Origin: Candidatus Babeliales bacterium
GTDB lineage: Bacteria; Babelota; Babeliae; Babelales; JANWKD01
Assembly: GCA_963722075.1 (NCBI GenBank)
Contig: CAVRJM010000001.1
Coordinates: 640,001 to 704,000, forward strand
Direction of reading: 5' to 3'
DNA: 64,000 nt
Part shown: piece by piece, positions 10,724-21,075 of the stretch
Layout of the letters: each line of letters opens with the position of its first letter
Position numbering within the stretch: the stretch's first letter is position 1
Notes under the pieces: model-generated
Told to the model about the DNA's origin: nothing
What the model saw: the letters and a program-made list of their open reading frames with translations, nothing else
The model's database searches: none
Program-made: the position numbers and the translations under genes

Positions 10724-11082
10724 CACTTAACCCATTCTAATTTAGCAATAGTTGCCGTATCGCTTACACGCTGTCCAAGCGGGATCAAGCGCGTATAACC
10801 GCCGGGTCTATCAACATATTCAGGAGCTATTTCTTTAAATAGCTTAATCACCGCTGCTTTATCATATGGTAATAATGATTGTACACGGCGATGAGCATTA
10901 AAGTTATGTCCTTTGCGTGCAATAGTCACCACTTTTTCAGCAAGCTTTTTTACTTCCTTAGCATTTGCTTTGGTTGTAACTAATGATCCATACGTAATTA
11001 AATGAATTACTTGATTACGCAACATAGATCTTTTATGAGGAGCTTTAAGATTTAATTTCTTTCGGGCACATTGATGTCTCAT
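10723..11082 (-). CDS. rplQ: 50S ribosomal protein L17
   Basis: MRH...TTKANAKE...RPGGYTR; operon position. Confidence 0.97.
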   Translation of the reverse strand: MRHQCARKKLNLKAPHKRSMLRNQVIHLITYGSLVTTKANAKEVKKLAEKVVTIARKGHNFNAHRRVQSLLPYDKAAVIKLFKEIAPEYVDRPGGYTRLIPLGQRVSDTATIAKLEWVK

Positions 11083-11097
11083 TGGTAATTTCCTTTA

Positions 11098-12156
11098 CTA
11101 TTTTTCAGTTTCAGAAACTTCAGTCTTCATAAGCTTTTTTAAATCTGATTCTTTAATGTTCATGCCAAAAGAAAGACCAAAAGCTTTAAGTGCATCTTCA
11201 ACTTCATTGAGTGATTTGCGACCGAAATTTTTAATTTTCAATGCATCATCGATTGATACATTTACTAAATCAATTACACGTTTAATACCCGCATTAACTA
11301 AACAGTTATGTGCACGTACTGAAAGTTCTAGTTCATTAATAGGCTTTAATAACAAATCAACGGGAATACCTTTTAAACTAACACTATCCATTTTGACTGG
11401 CACTGTTTGTTTGACTTCTTCAGGTATAGAAGAAATATCATTAAAAGGAATTTCTTGCGTAAATAAGAAATGCTCTAATTGGGTACGTAACACTGAAACT
11501 GCATAATTTAAAACCTGCGTTGGGGTATCAGAACCATCAGTTTCAATTTTCAAGATAAGTTTATCAAAATCAATATCACGGCCAACACGCGTTTTTTCTA
11601 CATCAAAAGTAACATTACGTACCGGTGAGAACATTGCATCTAAATAAATTCTTCCGTCTTCTTGAATTTGTTTGTCAGCAGGCCATTGTGCCGGTTGGTA
11701 TCCTCTTCCTGATTCCACAAAAAATTCAATATCTAAAGAACCACCTGGTGCCACATGTGCAATAATCTGATCTTTATTAATAATTTCTAAATGACCATCA
11801 GTTTTAATATCAGCACCGCGAAGAATGGTTTCACCATTGGCAGAAACATGCATTCTTCCTGATCTTCCTTCTTTATTGGCAACTACCAATTCTTTAATAT
11901 TAAGGATTACTTGCATGGTATCTTCTAAAACACCCGGTAATGAAGAAAATTCATTATTGACGCCTTTAATTATTACCGATGTCACCGCAGAACCTTCTAT
12001 TCCCCCTAATAAAATTCTTCGTAGGGCATTACCTAAGGTAATACCAAAACCAGGTTCTAATGGTTGCGCAATAAGTTCTCCTGAACTATCGCTTAAAGTT
12101 TCCTTAGTCCACCCCAGTAATGGAATTGTTAAAGGCTTATACTCCTTATTAATCAT
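11098..12156 (-). CDS. rpoA: RNA polymerase alpha subunit
   Basis: PLEPGFGITLGNALRRILL, DAMFSPV, ELSVRAHNCL, KNFGRKSL; start ATG 12156 after AGGAG. Confidence 0.97.
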   Translation of the reverse strand: MINKEYKPLTIPLLGWTKETLSDSSGELIAQPLEPGFGITLGNALRRILLGGIEGSAVTSVIIKGVNNEFSSLPGVLEDTMQVILNIKELVVANKEGRSGRMHVSANGETILRGADIKTDGHLEIINKDQIIAHVAPGGSLDIEFFVESGRGYQPAQWPADKQIQEDGRIYLDAMFSPVRNVTFDVEKTRVGRDIDFDKLILKIETDGSDTPTQVLNYAVSVLRTQLEHFLFTQEIPFNDISSIPEEVKQTVPVKMDSVSLKGIPVDLLLKPINELELSVRAHNCLVNAGIKRVIDLVNVSIDDALKIKNFGRKSLNEVEDALKAFGLSFGMNIKESDLKKLMKTEVSETEK

Positions 12157-12219
12157 ATATTCTCCTGAAAAAACTGTATCCACAAAATTTGGATCATCAA
12201 TGACAAGCTCACGCTTTCA

Positions 12220-12783
12220 TTATTTGGAATATAACTCAACAATTAAATGTTCCTCAATTGGAACCTGAATATCAGAACGAACTGGTAAGCGCAAAACTTT
12301 ACCCTTACGATCTTTTTTATTCAACTCCAACCACTCAGGAACCTTAACACCAATATTAAGCCTTTTATCAATTACTTTTTCTAAAAAACCTGCCTTATTA
12401 GCAACATTTGCTGCTAGTGAAATCTCATCATCAACTGACACAAGAAATGAAGGTGAATAAACCTTATTTCCGTTAACCAAAATATGACCGTGCACAATGA
12501 TTTGTCGTGCTTGAGCACGTGATGTGGCAAGTTTAAGACGATACACTGCATTATCAAGCCTACGCTCTAGTAAACTTAATAACCGTTCACCAGCTGCTTC
12601 CTGACTTTTAGCTGCTATTTTAAAGAATCTTTTAAACTGTTTTTCAAGCACTCCGTAAATGTTTTTTACTTTTTGCTTTTCTTCAAGTTGCTTACCATAT
12701 TCAGAAAGCTTTCTCATCTTTTTAGGAGTGGTTATTTTTTGATCATGAGAACTTGTAGCAGTAGAAGACTTCCTATTATTCAT
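12220..12783 (-). CDS. rpsD: 30S ribosomal protein S4 (shortened N-terminus)
   Basis: KLSEYGKQLEEKQK, LERRLDNAVYRL, ARQIIVHGHI, IVELYSK. Confidence 0.95.
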   Translation of the reverse strand: MNNRKSSTATSSHDQKITTPKKMRKLSEYGKQLEEKQKVKNIYGVLEKQFKRFFKIAAKSQEAAGERLLSLLERRLDNAVYRLKLATSRAQARQIIVHGHILVNGNKVYSPSFLVSVDDEISLAANVANKAGFLEKVIDKRLNIGVKVPEWLELNKKDRKGKVLRLPVRSDIQVPIEEHLIVELYSK

Positions 12784-12815
12784 AATATTTTTTATATCCT
12801 ACAAAATAAGTTAAT

Positions 12816-13199
12816 TTATACTCTTCGTTTCTTTGCCGGACGAGGCCCATTATGAGGAAGTGGGGTTACATCGCGCAACACAGAAATATTCAATCCAGAT
12901 GCTTGTAATGCACGGATCACCGCATCTCTACCTGAACCAGGACCCTGTAAATTAACTTCAACTGTTTTCACTCCAATACCAACCATTTCTTTAGCAAGGT
13001 TGGATCCAATTTGTGTTGCAGCAAAAGGAGTTCCTTTACGTGCTCCTTTAAAACCTAAACGACCCGCACTTCCAGTTAAAAGAACGTCGCCACCTTCGGT
13101 AGTAATAGAAACTAAGGTATTATTAAACGTAGACTTTACGTGTGCAATAACAGAATCAACGTGTCTTTTCTGTTTTTTTGTTTTCTTTTTATAAGCCAT
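12816..13199 (-). CDS. rpsK: 30S ribosomal protein S11
   Basis: STFNNT, GFKGARKGTPFAA, DVTPLPHNG. Confidence 0.97.
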   Translation of the reverse strand: MAYKKKTKKQKRHVDSVIAHVKSTFNNTLVSITTEGGDVLLTGSAGRLGFKGARKGTPFAATQIGSNLAKEMVGIGVKTVEVNLQGPGSGRDAVIRALQASGLNISVLRDVTPLPHNGPRPAKKRRV

Positions 13200-13217
13200 T
13201 CATTCCCTTAAATAATA

Positions 13218-13607
13218 TTATTTCTTAGTAACTTTACGTTTTAATGCAACAGCACCACCTGCTTTACGCGGACCTTTACGAGTACGTGCGTTAGTTTTGG
13301 TTCGCTGTCCACGTACTGGCAACCCCTTTTTATGTCTCAATCCACGATACGCACCAATATCTTGCAAACGTTTAATATTATTTCTAATATCTTTTCGTAG
13401 TTCGCCTTCAACAACATAATTTGTTGAAATTTCTTTTTGGATAGCGGCAACTTCTTCATCGGAAAGATTTCTTACCCGTTTGTCAAAATCTATTTTTAAT
13501 TTTAATAAAATATCTTGAGCAGCCTTTAAACCGATACCAAATATGTACGGTAAAGCGTATTCAATTCTTTTATTGCTTGGAAGAGTTACACCTTCTATTC
13601 TTGCCAT
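13218..13607 (-). CDS. rpsM: 30S ribosomal protein S13
   Basis: [33 protein letters not shown]. Confidence 0.97.
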   Translation of the reverse strand: MARIEGVTLPSNKRIEYALPYIFGIGLKAAQDILLKLKIDFDKRVRNLSDEEVAAIQKEISTNYVVEGELRKDIRNNIKRLQDIGAYRGLRHKKGLPVRGQRTKTNARTRKGPRKAGGAVALKRKVTKK

Positions 13608-13631
13608 AACATTCCTCTAATTAAATCCTTA

Positions 13632-13748
13632 TCAACCTTGGCGTTGTTTATGTCTTAAATTTCTATCACAAATAATGCGAACTACACCAGCACGTTTAAC
13701 TATACGACAATTTTCACATATTTTTTTTACCGATGTTCTTACTTTCAT
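13632..13748 (-). CDS. rpmJ: 50S ribosomal protein L36 (not in ORF track)
   Basis: Manual translation [38 protein letters not shown]; Zn-ribbon C-C-C-H. Confidence 0.95.
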   Translation of the reverse strand: MKVRTSVKKICENCRIVKRAGVVRIICDRNLRHKQRQG

Positions 13749-13776
13749 GATCCATTTCCTTACTTAATCATTTTTT

Positions 13777-14004
13777 TTAATTTTTATACCGTAAAACAAT
13801 TCTTCCACGTGTTAAATCATACGGAGATAATTCAATAGCAACCTTATCACCGGGTAAAATTCGTATATAATTCATACGCATTTTACCTGAAACATGCCCT
13901 AAAATAACATGCCCCCCCTCAATTTCAACACGAAACATAGCATTTGGTAATGTTTCTTTAACAATACCATCAACTCTTATAACGTCTTCTTTTTTCTTAC
14001 TCAT
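13777..14004 (-). CDS. infA: Translation initiation factor IF-1
   Basis: [37 protein letters not shown]. Confidence 0.97.
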   Translation of the reverse strand: MSKKKEDVIRVDGIVKETLPNAMFRVEIEGGHVILGHVSGKMRMNYIRILPGDKVAIELSPYDLTRGRIVLRYKN

Positions 14005-14774
14005 CGTATCATACCTTGTTGATCTAACCGTGTTAAAATATATGGTTCAGCCTCGGTAATCACTACCGTATCTTCAATATGAGCAGCTAAACTTTTATCT
14101 TCAGTCTTAACCGTCCAATGGTCATTCATAACAAACACCTTATACGACCCCATCGTGGTCATTGGCTCAAGGGCAAAAGCCATACCAGGTTTTAATAATG
14201 GACCTTGTCCCGGTTTACCATAATTTAAAATTTCAGGATCTTCATGCATTTTTTTACCAATACCATGACCAGCAAAATCACGTACCACACCATACCCTTC
14301 TTTTTCAACTTCTTGTTGTATAGCAGCCGATATATCCGAAAGACGGTTACCCGCACGCGCTTGCTCGATGCCCTTATTTAAAGCCTTTTGGGTGGTATCG
14401 ATAAATTTTTTAACCGCGTCAGGCATCTTACCAACATAAAAACAACGGGCTAAATCTGCGCAATATCCTTTCCATGAAGCACACACATCAATTTTTACTA
14501 AATCACCTTCAGCAATAATCTTTGATTTAGCAGGAACGCCATGCACCACTTCATCATTAATTGAAATACAACTTACATGGTGATAGCTTCCTAGGTATCC
14601 TTTCATTTGGGATACCAAGCCCTTATTTTTTATTTCTGTTTCAATCCATGAATCTATTGCAAGTGTAGATATACCCGGCTCAATTAACGATGGTACATGT
14701 GCCAAAATATCTGCTAGCAATTGCCCTGCTGTATACATTTTTTCTATGCCAGATTTATCTTTAATAGTAATCAT
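14001..14774 (-). CDS. map: Methionine aminopeptidase type I
   Basis: [35 protein letters not shown]. Confidence 0.96.
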   Translation of the reverse strand: MITIKDKSGIEKMYTAGQLLADILAHVPSLIEPGISTLAIDSWIETEIKNKGLVSQMKGYLGSYHHVSCISINDEVVHGVPAKSKIIAEGDLVKIDVCASWKGYCADLARCFYVGKMPDAVKKFIDTTQKALNKGIEQARAGNRLSDISAAIQQEVEKEGYGVVRDFAGHGIGKKMHEDPEILNYGKPGQGPLLKPGMAFALEPMTTMGSYKVFVMNDHWTVKTEDKSLAAHIEDTVVITEAEPYILTRLDQQGMIR

Positions 14775-14782
14775 AACGCTTA

Positions 14783-15463
14783 TTAATTTTTATCAAGCAA
14801 CGCTTGAAATTCCTCAAATACTTTATTTAGCGGCTGTTCAACATTCACTTGATTTATAATAAATCCATTTTTACTATAAAAATCGAGCAAGTTCTTTTCA
14901 TGCATATGATACGTTTGCAACCTGTTTTGTACAGCCCCCATTGCGTCATCACTTCTTCTTACTAATTCATTTAGGCAGTTATCACACGTCATCGCCTGGC
15001 GCGGATATAATGACTGACACACTTCAGAATATACCATTTGGCAATCATTATTTTTACAAATCAACCGTCCAGCAATTCTTTCTTTAACGGTGCTATCTGA
15101 TATGTACAACTTGATTATATTCAATTTGTAAATTTCTTTTTTCAATAAAAATTGATGCAGCGCCTCAGCTTGTGTAACCGTTCGAGGAAATCCATCCAAA
15201 ATTATGTTACTAAATAGCTGATCATGAGTAATAAGCCACTCATGTACCATATCAATAATCAGTTCATCAGCTATAAGTTTACCAGATTTTATAGCAAAAT
15301 CTATTTTTTTACCTATATCAGTCTGCTCATTAATATGCTTTCTGCATAAAACACCAGTAGATAATTGGTGCCAACCAGCCTTTTTTTTACAATGCTGCGA
15401 TAAGGAACCCTTGCCTGCACCAGGGGGACCTATAAAAATATAAACATTCTTAACCGACTTCAC
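14783..15463 (-). CDS. adk: Adenylate kinase
   Basis: P-loop GPPGAGKGS, ILDGFPRT, Cys-containing LID, RRSDD. Confidence 0.93.
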   Translation of the reverse strand: MKSVKNVYIFIGPPGAGKGSLSQHCKKKAGWHQLSTGVLCRKHINEQTDIGKKIDFAIKSGKLIADELIIDMVHEWLITHDQLFSNIILDGFPRTVTQAEALHQFLLKKEIYKLNIIKLYISDSTVKERIAGRLICKNNDCQMVYSEVCQSLYPRQAMTCDNCLNELVRRSDDAMGAVQNRLQTYHMHEKNLLDFYSKNGFIINQVNVEQPLNKVFEEFQALLDKN

Positions 15464-16773
15464 CGCAATGCCCTGCTTTTTAATCTACCAGATGACAAAA
15501 ACCCTTCATAACGGTGCTCAATTAGATACGATTCTATTTGTGCAGACGTTTCAAGTGCTACACCCACTACAATTAAGAGTGATGTACCACTTAAATAGAA
15601 TGGCATTCTAAAAAAGGCATTTAAAATATTTGGTGCTAACGATAAAAATGCTAAATATAAAGCACCAACTAACCCTATTCGAGTTAATATATAATTAAAG
15701 AAAACGGCTGTTTTTTTACCTGGTCTGATCCCCGGAATAAATCCGCCGCTTTTTTTGATATTTTCAGCAAGTTCATCAGGGTTAAATACTAATGCTGTAT
15801 AAAAAAATGAAAAGAAAATAATGAGAACAAAATCTAATGCGTTAAATAAAAAGCCCGTTTGGGTAAACCAATCAGCAAATTTTCTAAAAAATTCAAATCG
15901 TTGAGACAAAATCCCTGAAATGAATAAAGGTATTTGCAGTACTGATGAGGCAAAAATAACCGGCATAACCCCTGCCGTATTAATCTTAAATGGTATATAC
16001 GTACTTTGGCCCCCGTATATACGCTGACCCACTACACGACGTGCATATTGGACTGGAATTTTACGTTCACCTTTTTCCAAGAACACAATACATGCAGAAA
16101 TTGCGATAAAAATAAGTAAGATTAGAATTGCTTGCCATATCTCAAAACTGCCAGTATCTATAAGCGCTTTTGTTTTAATGATATAAATTGGAAACTTCGC
16201 TACAATACCAGAGAAAATAAGCATCGAGCTACCATTGCCAATACCAAAGAGAGAAATTTGCTCTCCCAGCCACATTACAAATAGAGCACCTACCGTCAGT
16301 GAAAGAATAAATAACATTCTAAAACCCCAGCCTGGTGTTAATACAAGCCCCTGGTGTTCTAAATAAGCAGCCATCCCAGAGCTGTACATAATACTCAGAC
16401 CAACGGTTAAATAGCGGGTATATTGGTTGATGATTTTTCTACCATATTCACCCTCTTTCACTAATTGCTCTAAATAGGGAATGGACATACCCAAAATCTG
16501 CATCATAATCGATGCGGTAATGTAGGGCCCAATCCCTAAAGCAAAAAGAGTAGCTGAAGCAAGAGCACCCCCAGAAAAAATATCAAGATAACCAAGTAAA
16601 CCCCCCAAACTTGTTGCCCGCTTCATATGTTCAGCAAGTAACGGAAGATTTACCCCAATTACTGGAATAAAAGTTCCCAATCGAGAAACTATTAAAACAC
16701 CTAAAGTAAAAAATAGTTTTTTTCTTAATTCAGGAATTAAGAAAATATTTCTGAAATTTTTTAGGAGTACCAC
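15460..16773 (-). CDS. secY: Preprotein translocase SecY
   Basis: FALGIGPYITASI, GIGNGSS, GVMPVIFASS, FIPGIRPG, GTSLLIVVGV. Confidence 0.97.
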   Translation of the reverse strand: MVLLKNFRNIFLIPELRKKLFFTLGVLIVSRLGTFIPVIGVNLPLLAEHMKRATSLGGLLGYLDIFSGGALASATLFALGIGPYITASIMMQILGMSIPYLEQLVKEGEYGRKIINQYTRYLTVGLSIMYSSGMAAYLEHQGLVLTPGWGFRMLFILSLTVGALFVMWLGEQISLFGIGNGSSMLIFSGIVAKFPIYIIKTKALIDTGSFEIWQAILILLIFIAISACIVFLEKGERKIPVQYARRVVGQRIYGGQSTYIPFKINTAGVMPVIFASSVLQIPLFISGILSQRFEFFRKFADWFTQTGFLFNALDFVLIIFFSFFYTALVFNPDELAENIKKSGGFIPGIRPGKKTAVFFNYILTRIGLVGALYLAFLSLAPNILNAFFRMPFYLSGTSLLIVVGVALETSAQIESYLIEHRYEGFLSSGRLKSRALR

Positions 16774-16777
16774 TACT

Positions 16778-17236
16778 TTAACTTTCCTTAATTAAATGAA
16801 CTTCTCCACCAACACGCTTAATTTTTTCGATGGCACTTTTACTAAAAGCATCACCATAAATCGTAAATTTTTTTGATAAGGTTCCATCGCCTAAGATCTT
16901 GATCAATGGATTTTTTTTCATCCCTTTACAAAAACCACTTGTCACTAATAAATCTTTAGTAATCTGTGTTCCATCATTAAAAACACGTTCCAAATCACTC
17001 AGGTTAATAATGATAAATTCAGTAGCAAATTGTTTATTATTAAAGCCACGTTTTGGAATACGACGCGCTAACGGTATTTGACCACCTTCAAAGCCAGCAC
17101 GGACTTTAGAAGCACCGCCAGTTCGCGCTAATTGACCTTTATGACCACGACCAGCTGTTCCACCGCGAGCACCACCACGACCAATTCGTTTTCTTTTTTT
17201 TACAATAGGGGTTAAATTACTAAGCAGCTGAGACAT
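16778..17236 (-). CDS. rplO: 50S ribosomal protein L15
   Basis: GRGHKGQLAR, GFEGGQ...RRIPKRGF. Confidence 0.96.
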   Translation of the reverse strand: MSQLLSNLTPIVKKRKRIGRGGARGGTAGRGHKGQLARTGGASKVRAGFEGGQIPLARRIPKRGFNNKQFATEFIIINLSDLERVFNDGTQITKDLLVTSGFCKGMKKNPLIKILGDGTLSKKFTIYGDAFSKSAIEKIKRVGGEVHLIKES

Positions 17237-17735
17237 GACTTCCCTTTATAATTTCACTAATTGTTTTACCTCTAAATCTTGCTACATCTTGCACAGTTCT
17301 TAATTTGGCAAGTGCATTCAAGGTTGCTTTTACCACGTTAATTTGATTAGAAGAACCAAGTGATTTAGCAAGTACATCTTTAATACCAAGTACTTCCATA
17401 ATAGAGCGCACCGGTCCTCCAGCAATAACACCGGTTCCCTTATAAGCGGAACGAATAATAACATGACTGGATCCATGGCTCCCTTTTACGTTATACGGTA
17501 TCGTTGTTTCACGTAAGGGCACCGCTATCATATTTTTACGTGCTCTAACTGTCGCTTTTGCAATAGCGGAAGAAACTTCTTTACTTTTTCCTACAGCAAT
17601 ACCAATTTTTCCTTTTTGATCGCCTGAAATTACAAACGCAGAAAATGAAAACCGTTTACCGCCTTTGGTAACTTTAGTTACACGACGAACACTAATTACT
17701 GCATCAATAAAATCTTTTTCTCTGGTTTCAGCCAT
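17220..17735 (-). CDS. rpsE: 30S ribosomal protein S5
   Basis: RVTKVTKGGKRFSF, GTGVIAGG. Confidence 0.97.
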   Translation of the reverse strand: MAETREKDFIDAVISVRRVTKVTKGGKRFSFSAFVISGDQKGKIGIAVGKSKEVSSAIAKATVRARKNMIAVPLRETTIPYNVKGSHGSSHVIIRSAYKGTGVIAGGPVRSIMEVLGIKDVLAKSLGSSNQINVVKATLNALAKLRTVQDVARFRGKTISEIIKGSHVSAA

Positions 17736-17753
17736 TTTTTCCTAACATATTTA

Positions 17754-18110
17754 TTAAACTTGTAATCCACCTTCACGTAAGCCATCAGCTAAGCTCTTTA
17801 CTCTTCCATGATAGAGATATCTACCACGATCGAATAATACGGCATTTATTCCTTGAGCTAATGCTCTTTTTGCAAGCTCTTGCCCTACCGCTTTAGCAAC
17901 TGCTGATTTATCACCAGATAGATTTTTTAACTCTAATGAAGAACAACTTAACAAGGTTTTATGTTGTTTATCATCAATAATTTGCGCGTATATATAATTT
18001 AAACTTCTCTGAACCGCAATTCTATATAAACCACTTGGATTTTTTAGTAAAGAACGAACTCTCAGTTGGCGTCGTTGCTTTTGTTTTTTTATCTTTGTTT
18101 TTAATGACAT
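17754..18110 (-). CDS. rplR: 50S ribosomal protein L18
   Basis: YAQIIDD, FDRGRYLYHGRVKSLADGLREGGL. Confidence 0.96.
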   Translation of the reverse strand: MSLKTKIKKQKQRRQLRVRSLLKNPSGLYRIAVQRSLNYIYAQIIDDKQHKTLLSCSSLELKNLSGDKSAVAKAVGQELAKRALAQGINAVLFDRGRYLYHGRVKSLADGLREGGLQV

Positions 18111-18126
18111 AGTTTATTCTCACCTA

Positions 18127-18666
18127 TTAAGCAGATTTTGTTTTACCAGCTTTACGAAGGATTACTTCTTTTTCTAATCTAATACCGGTACCTTTATATG
18201 GCTCAGGTGGTCTCAACTGTCTAATCTTACTCGCATAATAACCAACTAACTCTTTATTGGTTCCCTTAACCGTTACTTGTTGACCAGTTTTATCAACTTC
18301 AACCGTAATATGGGCTGGTATAGGAAGTTCAATCTCGTGACTGTACCCTAATTTTAATACCATTTTAGGTCCTGAAACATTCGCTTTAAAACCTAACCCA
18401 TTTATAATTACTTTTTGCTCAAAGCCGTCAGATATTCCTTTAATGCTATTAGCAAGAAGTGCACGATGCAATCCCCAAAGTATATTTGATTGCTCATTTT
18501 TTTCCGCACATATTACTTTAAGTTTTTGATCCGCAACCTCTGCTTTTAAAACAGCAGGTAATACGTGGGTTAAGGTGCCTTTTTTCCCTTTAAGATGTAA
18601 TTCTTGACCTTTGACTTCAACAGTAACGCTGTTAAGTTCAATCGGCTTTCTTCCAATTTTTGACAT
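18127..18666 (-). CDS. rplF: 50S ribosomal protein L6
   Basis: MSKIGRKPI, LGYSH, RPPEPYKGTG. Confidence 0.97.
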   Translation of the reverse strand: MSKIGRKPIELNSVTVEVKGQELHLKGKKGTLTHVLPAVLKAEVADQKLKVICAEKNEQSNILWGLHRALLANSIKGISDGFEQKVIINGLGFKANVSGPKMVLKLGYSHEIELPIPAHITVEVDKTGQQVTVKGTNKELVGYYASKIRQLRPPEPYKGTGIRLEKEVILRKAGKTKSA

Positions 18667-18676
18667 AGCTATACCT

Positions 18677-19069
18677 TTACCAGACTGAGCAAATTATTTC
18701 TCCGCCCACTGACAACTGCTTAGCCTTTTTATCGGTCATAATACCTTTATTAGTGGTCAGAATAGATATTCCTAATTTTCCAATGATATGCTTTAAGTTA
18801 TCAGTCTTTCCATACATGCGTCTTCCTGGTCTACTTACTCTTGTAAGTTCATGTATAACCGATTCACCTTCAACATATTTTAGAGCAATTTGGATCTTTT
18901 TTTTCGAATTTTCTTCAATAATCGAATAATCTCGAATAAATCCTTCTTCCTTCAAAATTTTCACTATTTCTACTTTAATATTGGAATAAGGAGTTTCTAC
19001 GGTTCGCTTAGAAGCCATCAATCCATTACGGATAACGGTTAAAAAATCCCCAAGAGCATCAATTGACAT
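18677..19069 (-). CDS. rpsH: 30S ribosomal protein S8
   Basis: DFLTVIRN, LKEEGFI, SRPGRRMY, VGGEIICSVW; start ATG 19069. Confidence 0.96.
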   Translation of the reverse strand: MSIDALGDFLTVIRNGLMASKRTVETPYSNIKVEIVKILKEEGFIRDYSIIEENSKKKIQIALKYVEGESVIHELTRVSRPGRRMYGKTDNLKHIIGKLGISILTTNKGIMTDKKAKQLSVGGEIICSVW

Positions 19070-19086
19070 TATTTCCTTCCTGCAAA

Positions 19087-19272
19087 TTACCAACTAGTTT
19101 TCTTAACACCAGGTAAAACACCTGTTAACGCAAGTTTTCTAAAACAGAGACGACACATCATAAAAAATCTGATATAACCGCGTGGTCTTCCGCAAAGCTT
19201 ACATCTATTTCGTTGACGTACAGCAAACTTGGGTATCTTATTAGCTTTTTCAATCATCGCTTTTCTTGCCAT
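19087..19272 (-). CDS. rpsN: 30S ribosomal protein S14, Zn-binding type Z
   Basis: 61 aa, [10 protein letters not shown]...CRLCFR. Confidence 0.96.
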   Translation of the reverse strand: MARKAMIEKANKIPKFAVRQRNRCKLCGRPRGYIRFFMMCRLCFRKLALTGVLPGVKKTSW

Positions 19273-19280
19273 TGCTCACC

Positions 19281-19832
19281 TTATTTCTTTACTTTTTTAA
19301 ACGGCATACCAAATCCTTTGAGCAACTCTAATGCACGGTCATCTTGACCCGCGGAGGTATGTATTGTTATATTCATACCAAACACATTTTCAAATGAATC
19401 TCGTTCTGCTTCAGGGAAAATCGTCCATTCCTTTAATCCAAGATTATAATTCCCACGGCCGTCCATTTTTAATGATAGACCCTGAAAATCTTTAACGTTG
19501 GGAAGCGCTAGGTTAATTAATTTATCAAAAAAATCATACATTCTATCACGACGTAAGGTAACCATAACGCCAAGCGGCATCCCTTCACGAATTTTGAACC
19601 CTGCAATAGATTTTTTAGCAATGGTTCTAACGGGTGCTTGTCCAGCAATTTTTGTGAGCGTATCGCTTACAACCTTTAAAATTTTGCTATCGGTCACCGC
19701 TTCTTTAACACCTATATTAAGAACAATTTTAGAAATTTTAGGAACTTGCATAACGTTCTTAATTCCTAACTTGGTCATTAATTCAGGTCTAATTTTTTTT
19801 ATATACTGTTCTTCTAAACGAGATTTAGGCAT
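19281..19832 (-). CDS. rplE: 50S ribosomal protein L5
   Basis: KIVLNIGV, KKSIAGFKIREG, DGRGNYNLG. Confidence 0.97.
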   Translation of the reverse strand: MPKSRLEEQYIKKIRPELMTKLGIKNVMQVPKISKIVLNIGVKEAVTDSKILKVVSDTLTKIAGQAPVRTIAKKSIAGFKIREGMPLGVMVTLRRDRMYDFFDKLINLALPNVKDFQGLSLKMDGRGNYNLGLKEWTIFPEAERDSFENVFGMNITIHTSAGQDDRALELLKGFGMPFKKVKK

Positions 19833-19849
19833 TAACTAATCCTTAATAA

Positions 19850-20167
19850 TCAAAAGACCTCTTTACACTGATTGCACACACGTGCTTTTTTATTATCAAC
19901 TACGGTACTATTTAAACGACACGGCTTCTTGCAACTCGTACAAATAGGCATAACCTTAGAAACATCAAAATAGGTCTCAATTTTTTTAATTGAAGCAACT
20001 TCACCTTGTTTGCGAGCTTTTGCATGACGAGTAACTAATCCCAGACCTTGAATTCTTACTTTATTAACTTTACCGTTTTTGGTTAAAACATCAATAACCT
20101 GGCCTTGATTGCCTTTTTCTTTTCCTGAAAGAACCAAGACGGTATCATTTTTTTTTATTCTCATCAT
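19850..20167 (-). CDS. rplX: 50S ribosomal protein L24
   Basis: KOW motif IKKNDTVLVLSGKEKG; operon position. Confidence 0.95.
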   Translation of the reverse strand: MMRIKKNDTVLVLSGKEKGNQGQVIDVLTKNGKVNKVRIQGLGLVTRHAKARKQGEVASIKKIETYFDVSKVMPICTSCKKPCRLNSTVVDNKKARVCNQCKEVF

Positions 20168-20179
20168 AAATTATAATCC

Positions 20180-20578
20180 TTAAATTACTTCAGGCGCCAA
20201 AGAAACTACTTTTGGGTGGCGCTCACGCATTTCGCGCGGGACGGGACCAAAAATTCGGCTTCCGACCGGTTCTGCTTCTGCTTTTGCAGAATCCATTTTC
20301 TTAAGCAAAACAACCGCATTATCACCAAAACGAATATAGCTGCCATCAGCACGACGGAACTCTTTACGTGTTCTTACTACAACCGCTTTGTAAATTTCTT
20401 TTTTCTTCACGCCAGCATTTGGTATGGCATCTTTAACTGAAACGACCACGATATCACCAATAACGGCATATCGTTTTCCGGTTGCACCCTTACCATTAGG
20501 AGTCATTAAACGAAAAACCATTACCTCACGAGCACCAGAATTATCTGCAACCTTGCAGCGAGAGAGTTCTTGTATCAT
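20180..20578 (-). CDS. rplN: 50S ribosomal protein L14
   Basis: [33 protein letters not shown]. Confidence 0.96.
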   Translation of the reverse strand: MIQELSRCKVADNSGAREVMVFRLMTPNGKGATGKRYAVIGDIVVVSVKDAIPNAGVKKKEIYKAVVVRTRKEFRRADGSYIRFGDNAVVLLKKMDSAKAEAEPVGSRIFGPVPREMRERHPKVVSLAPEVI

Positions 20579-20586
20579 AATTCACC

Positions 20587-20862
20587 TTATTCCATTTTTT
20601 TGGATTTAATAACACGCGATAAATAAAGGAACTTCGTTTTAGAACATGGCCGACCTTCCAAAACTTCGACAACGTCTCCTACCTGTGCCACTTCTTGTTC
20701 ATCATGAACCTTATATTTTTTAAAAGATTTAACAACTTTATGGAGGAGCGGTTCAGAATAGGTTCTTTCAACTTTAATGACAATGGTTTTATCCATTTTG
20801 TCGGAAATAACTTCACCTATAATTGTTTTTTTTACTTTTTTTTCAGTTTCGTGAATAGCCAT
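20587..20862 (-). CDS. rpsQ: 30S ribosomal protein S17
   Basis: GEVISDKMDKT, VHDE, GDVV, RPCSKTK. Confidence 0.96.
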   Translation of the reverse strand: MAIHETEKKVKKTIIGEVISDKMDKTIVIKVERTYSEPLLHKVVKSFKKYKVHDEQEVAQVGDVVEVLEGRPCSKTKFLYLSRVIKSKKME

Positions 20863-20871
20863 CGATTACCT

Positions 20872-21075
20872 TTATTTATGTTCCTTCGTTTTTTGATTTA
20901 AATATGTTAAAGCACGTGCAATATTTTTCTTTATTTTACCAAATTTGGAATAATTTATAATATGCGTTGTTTTAGCATTAAACTTTAAACCAAAAAGTTC
21001 TTGTCTTAACTGTTCAACTTTTTCATGAAGTTGTTCTACAGACATCTCTTTAAGTTCAGTTTTTTCTTTGTTCAT
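20872..21075 (-). CDS. rpmC: 50S ribosomal protein L29
   Basis: ELF.LKF, KKNIARALT; operon position. Confidence 0.92.
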   Translation of the reverse strand: MNKEKTELKEMSVEQLHEKVEQLRQELFGLKFNAKTTHIINYSKFGKIKKNIARALTYLNQKTKEHK

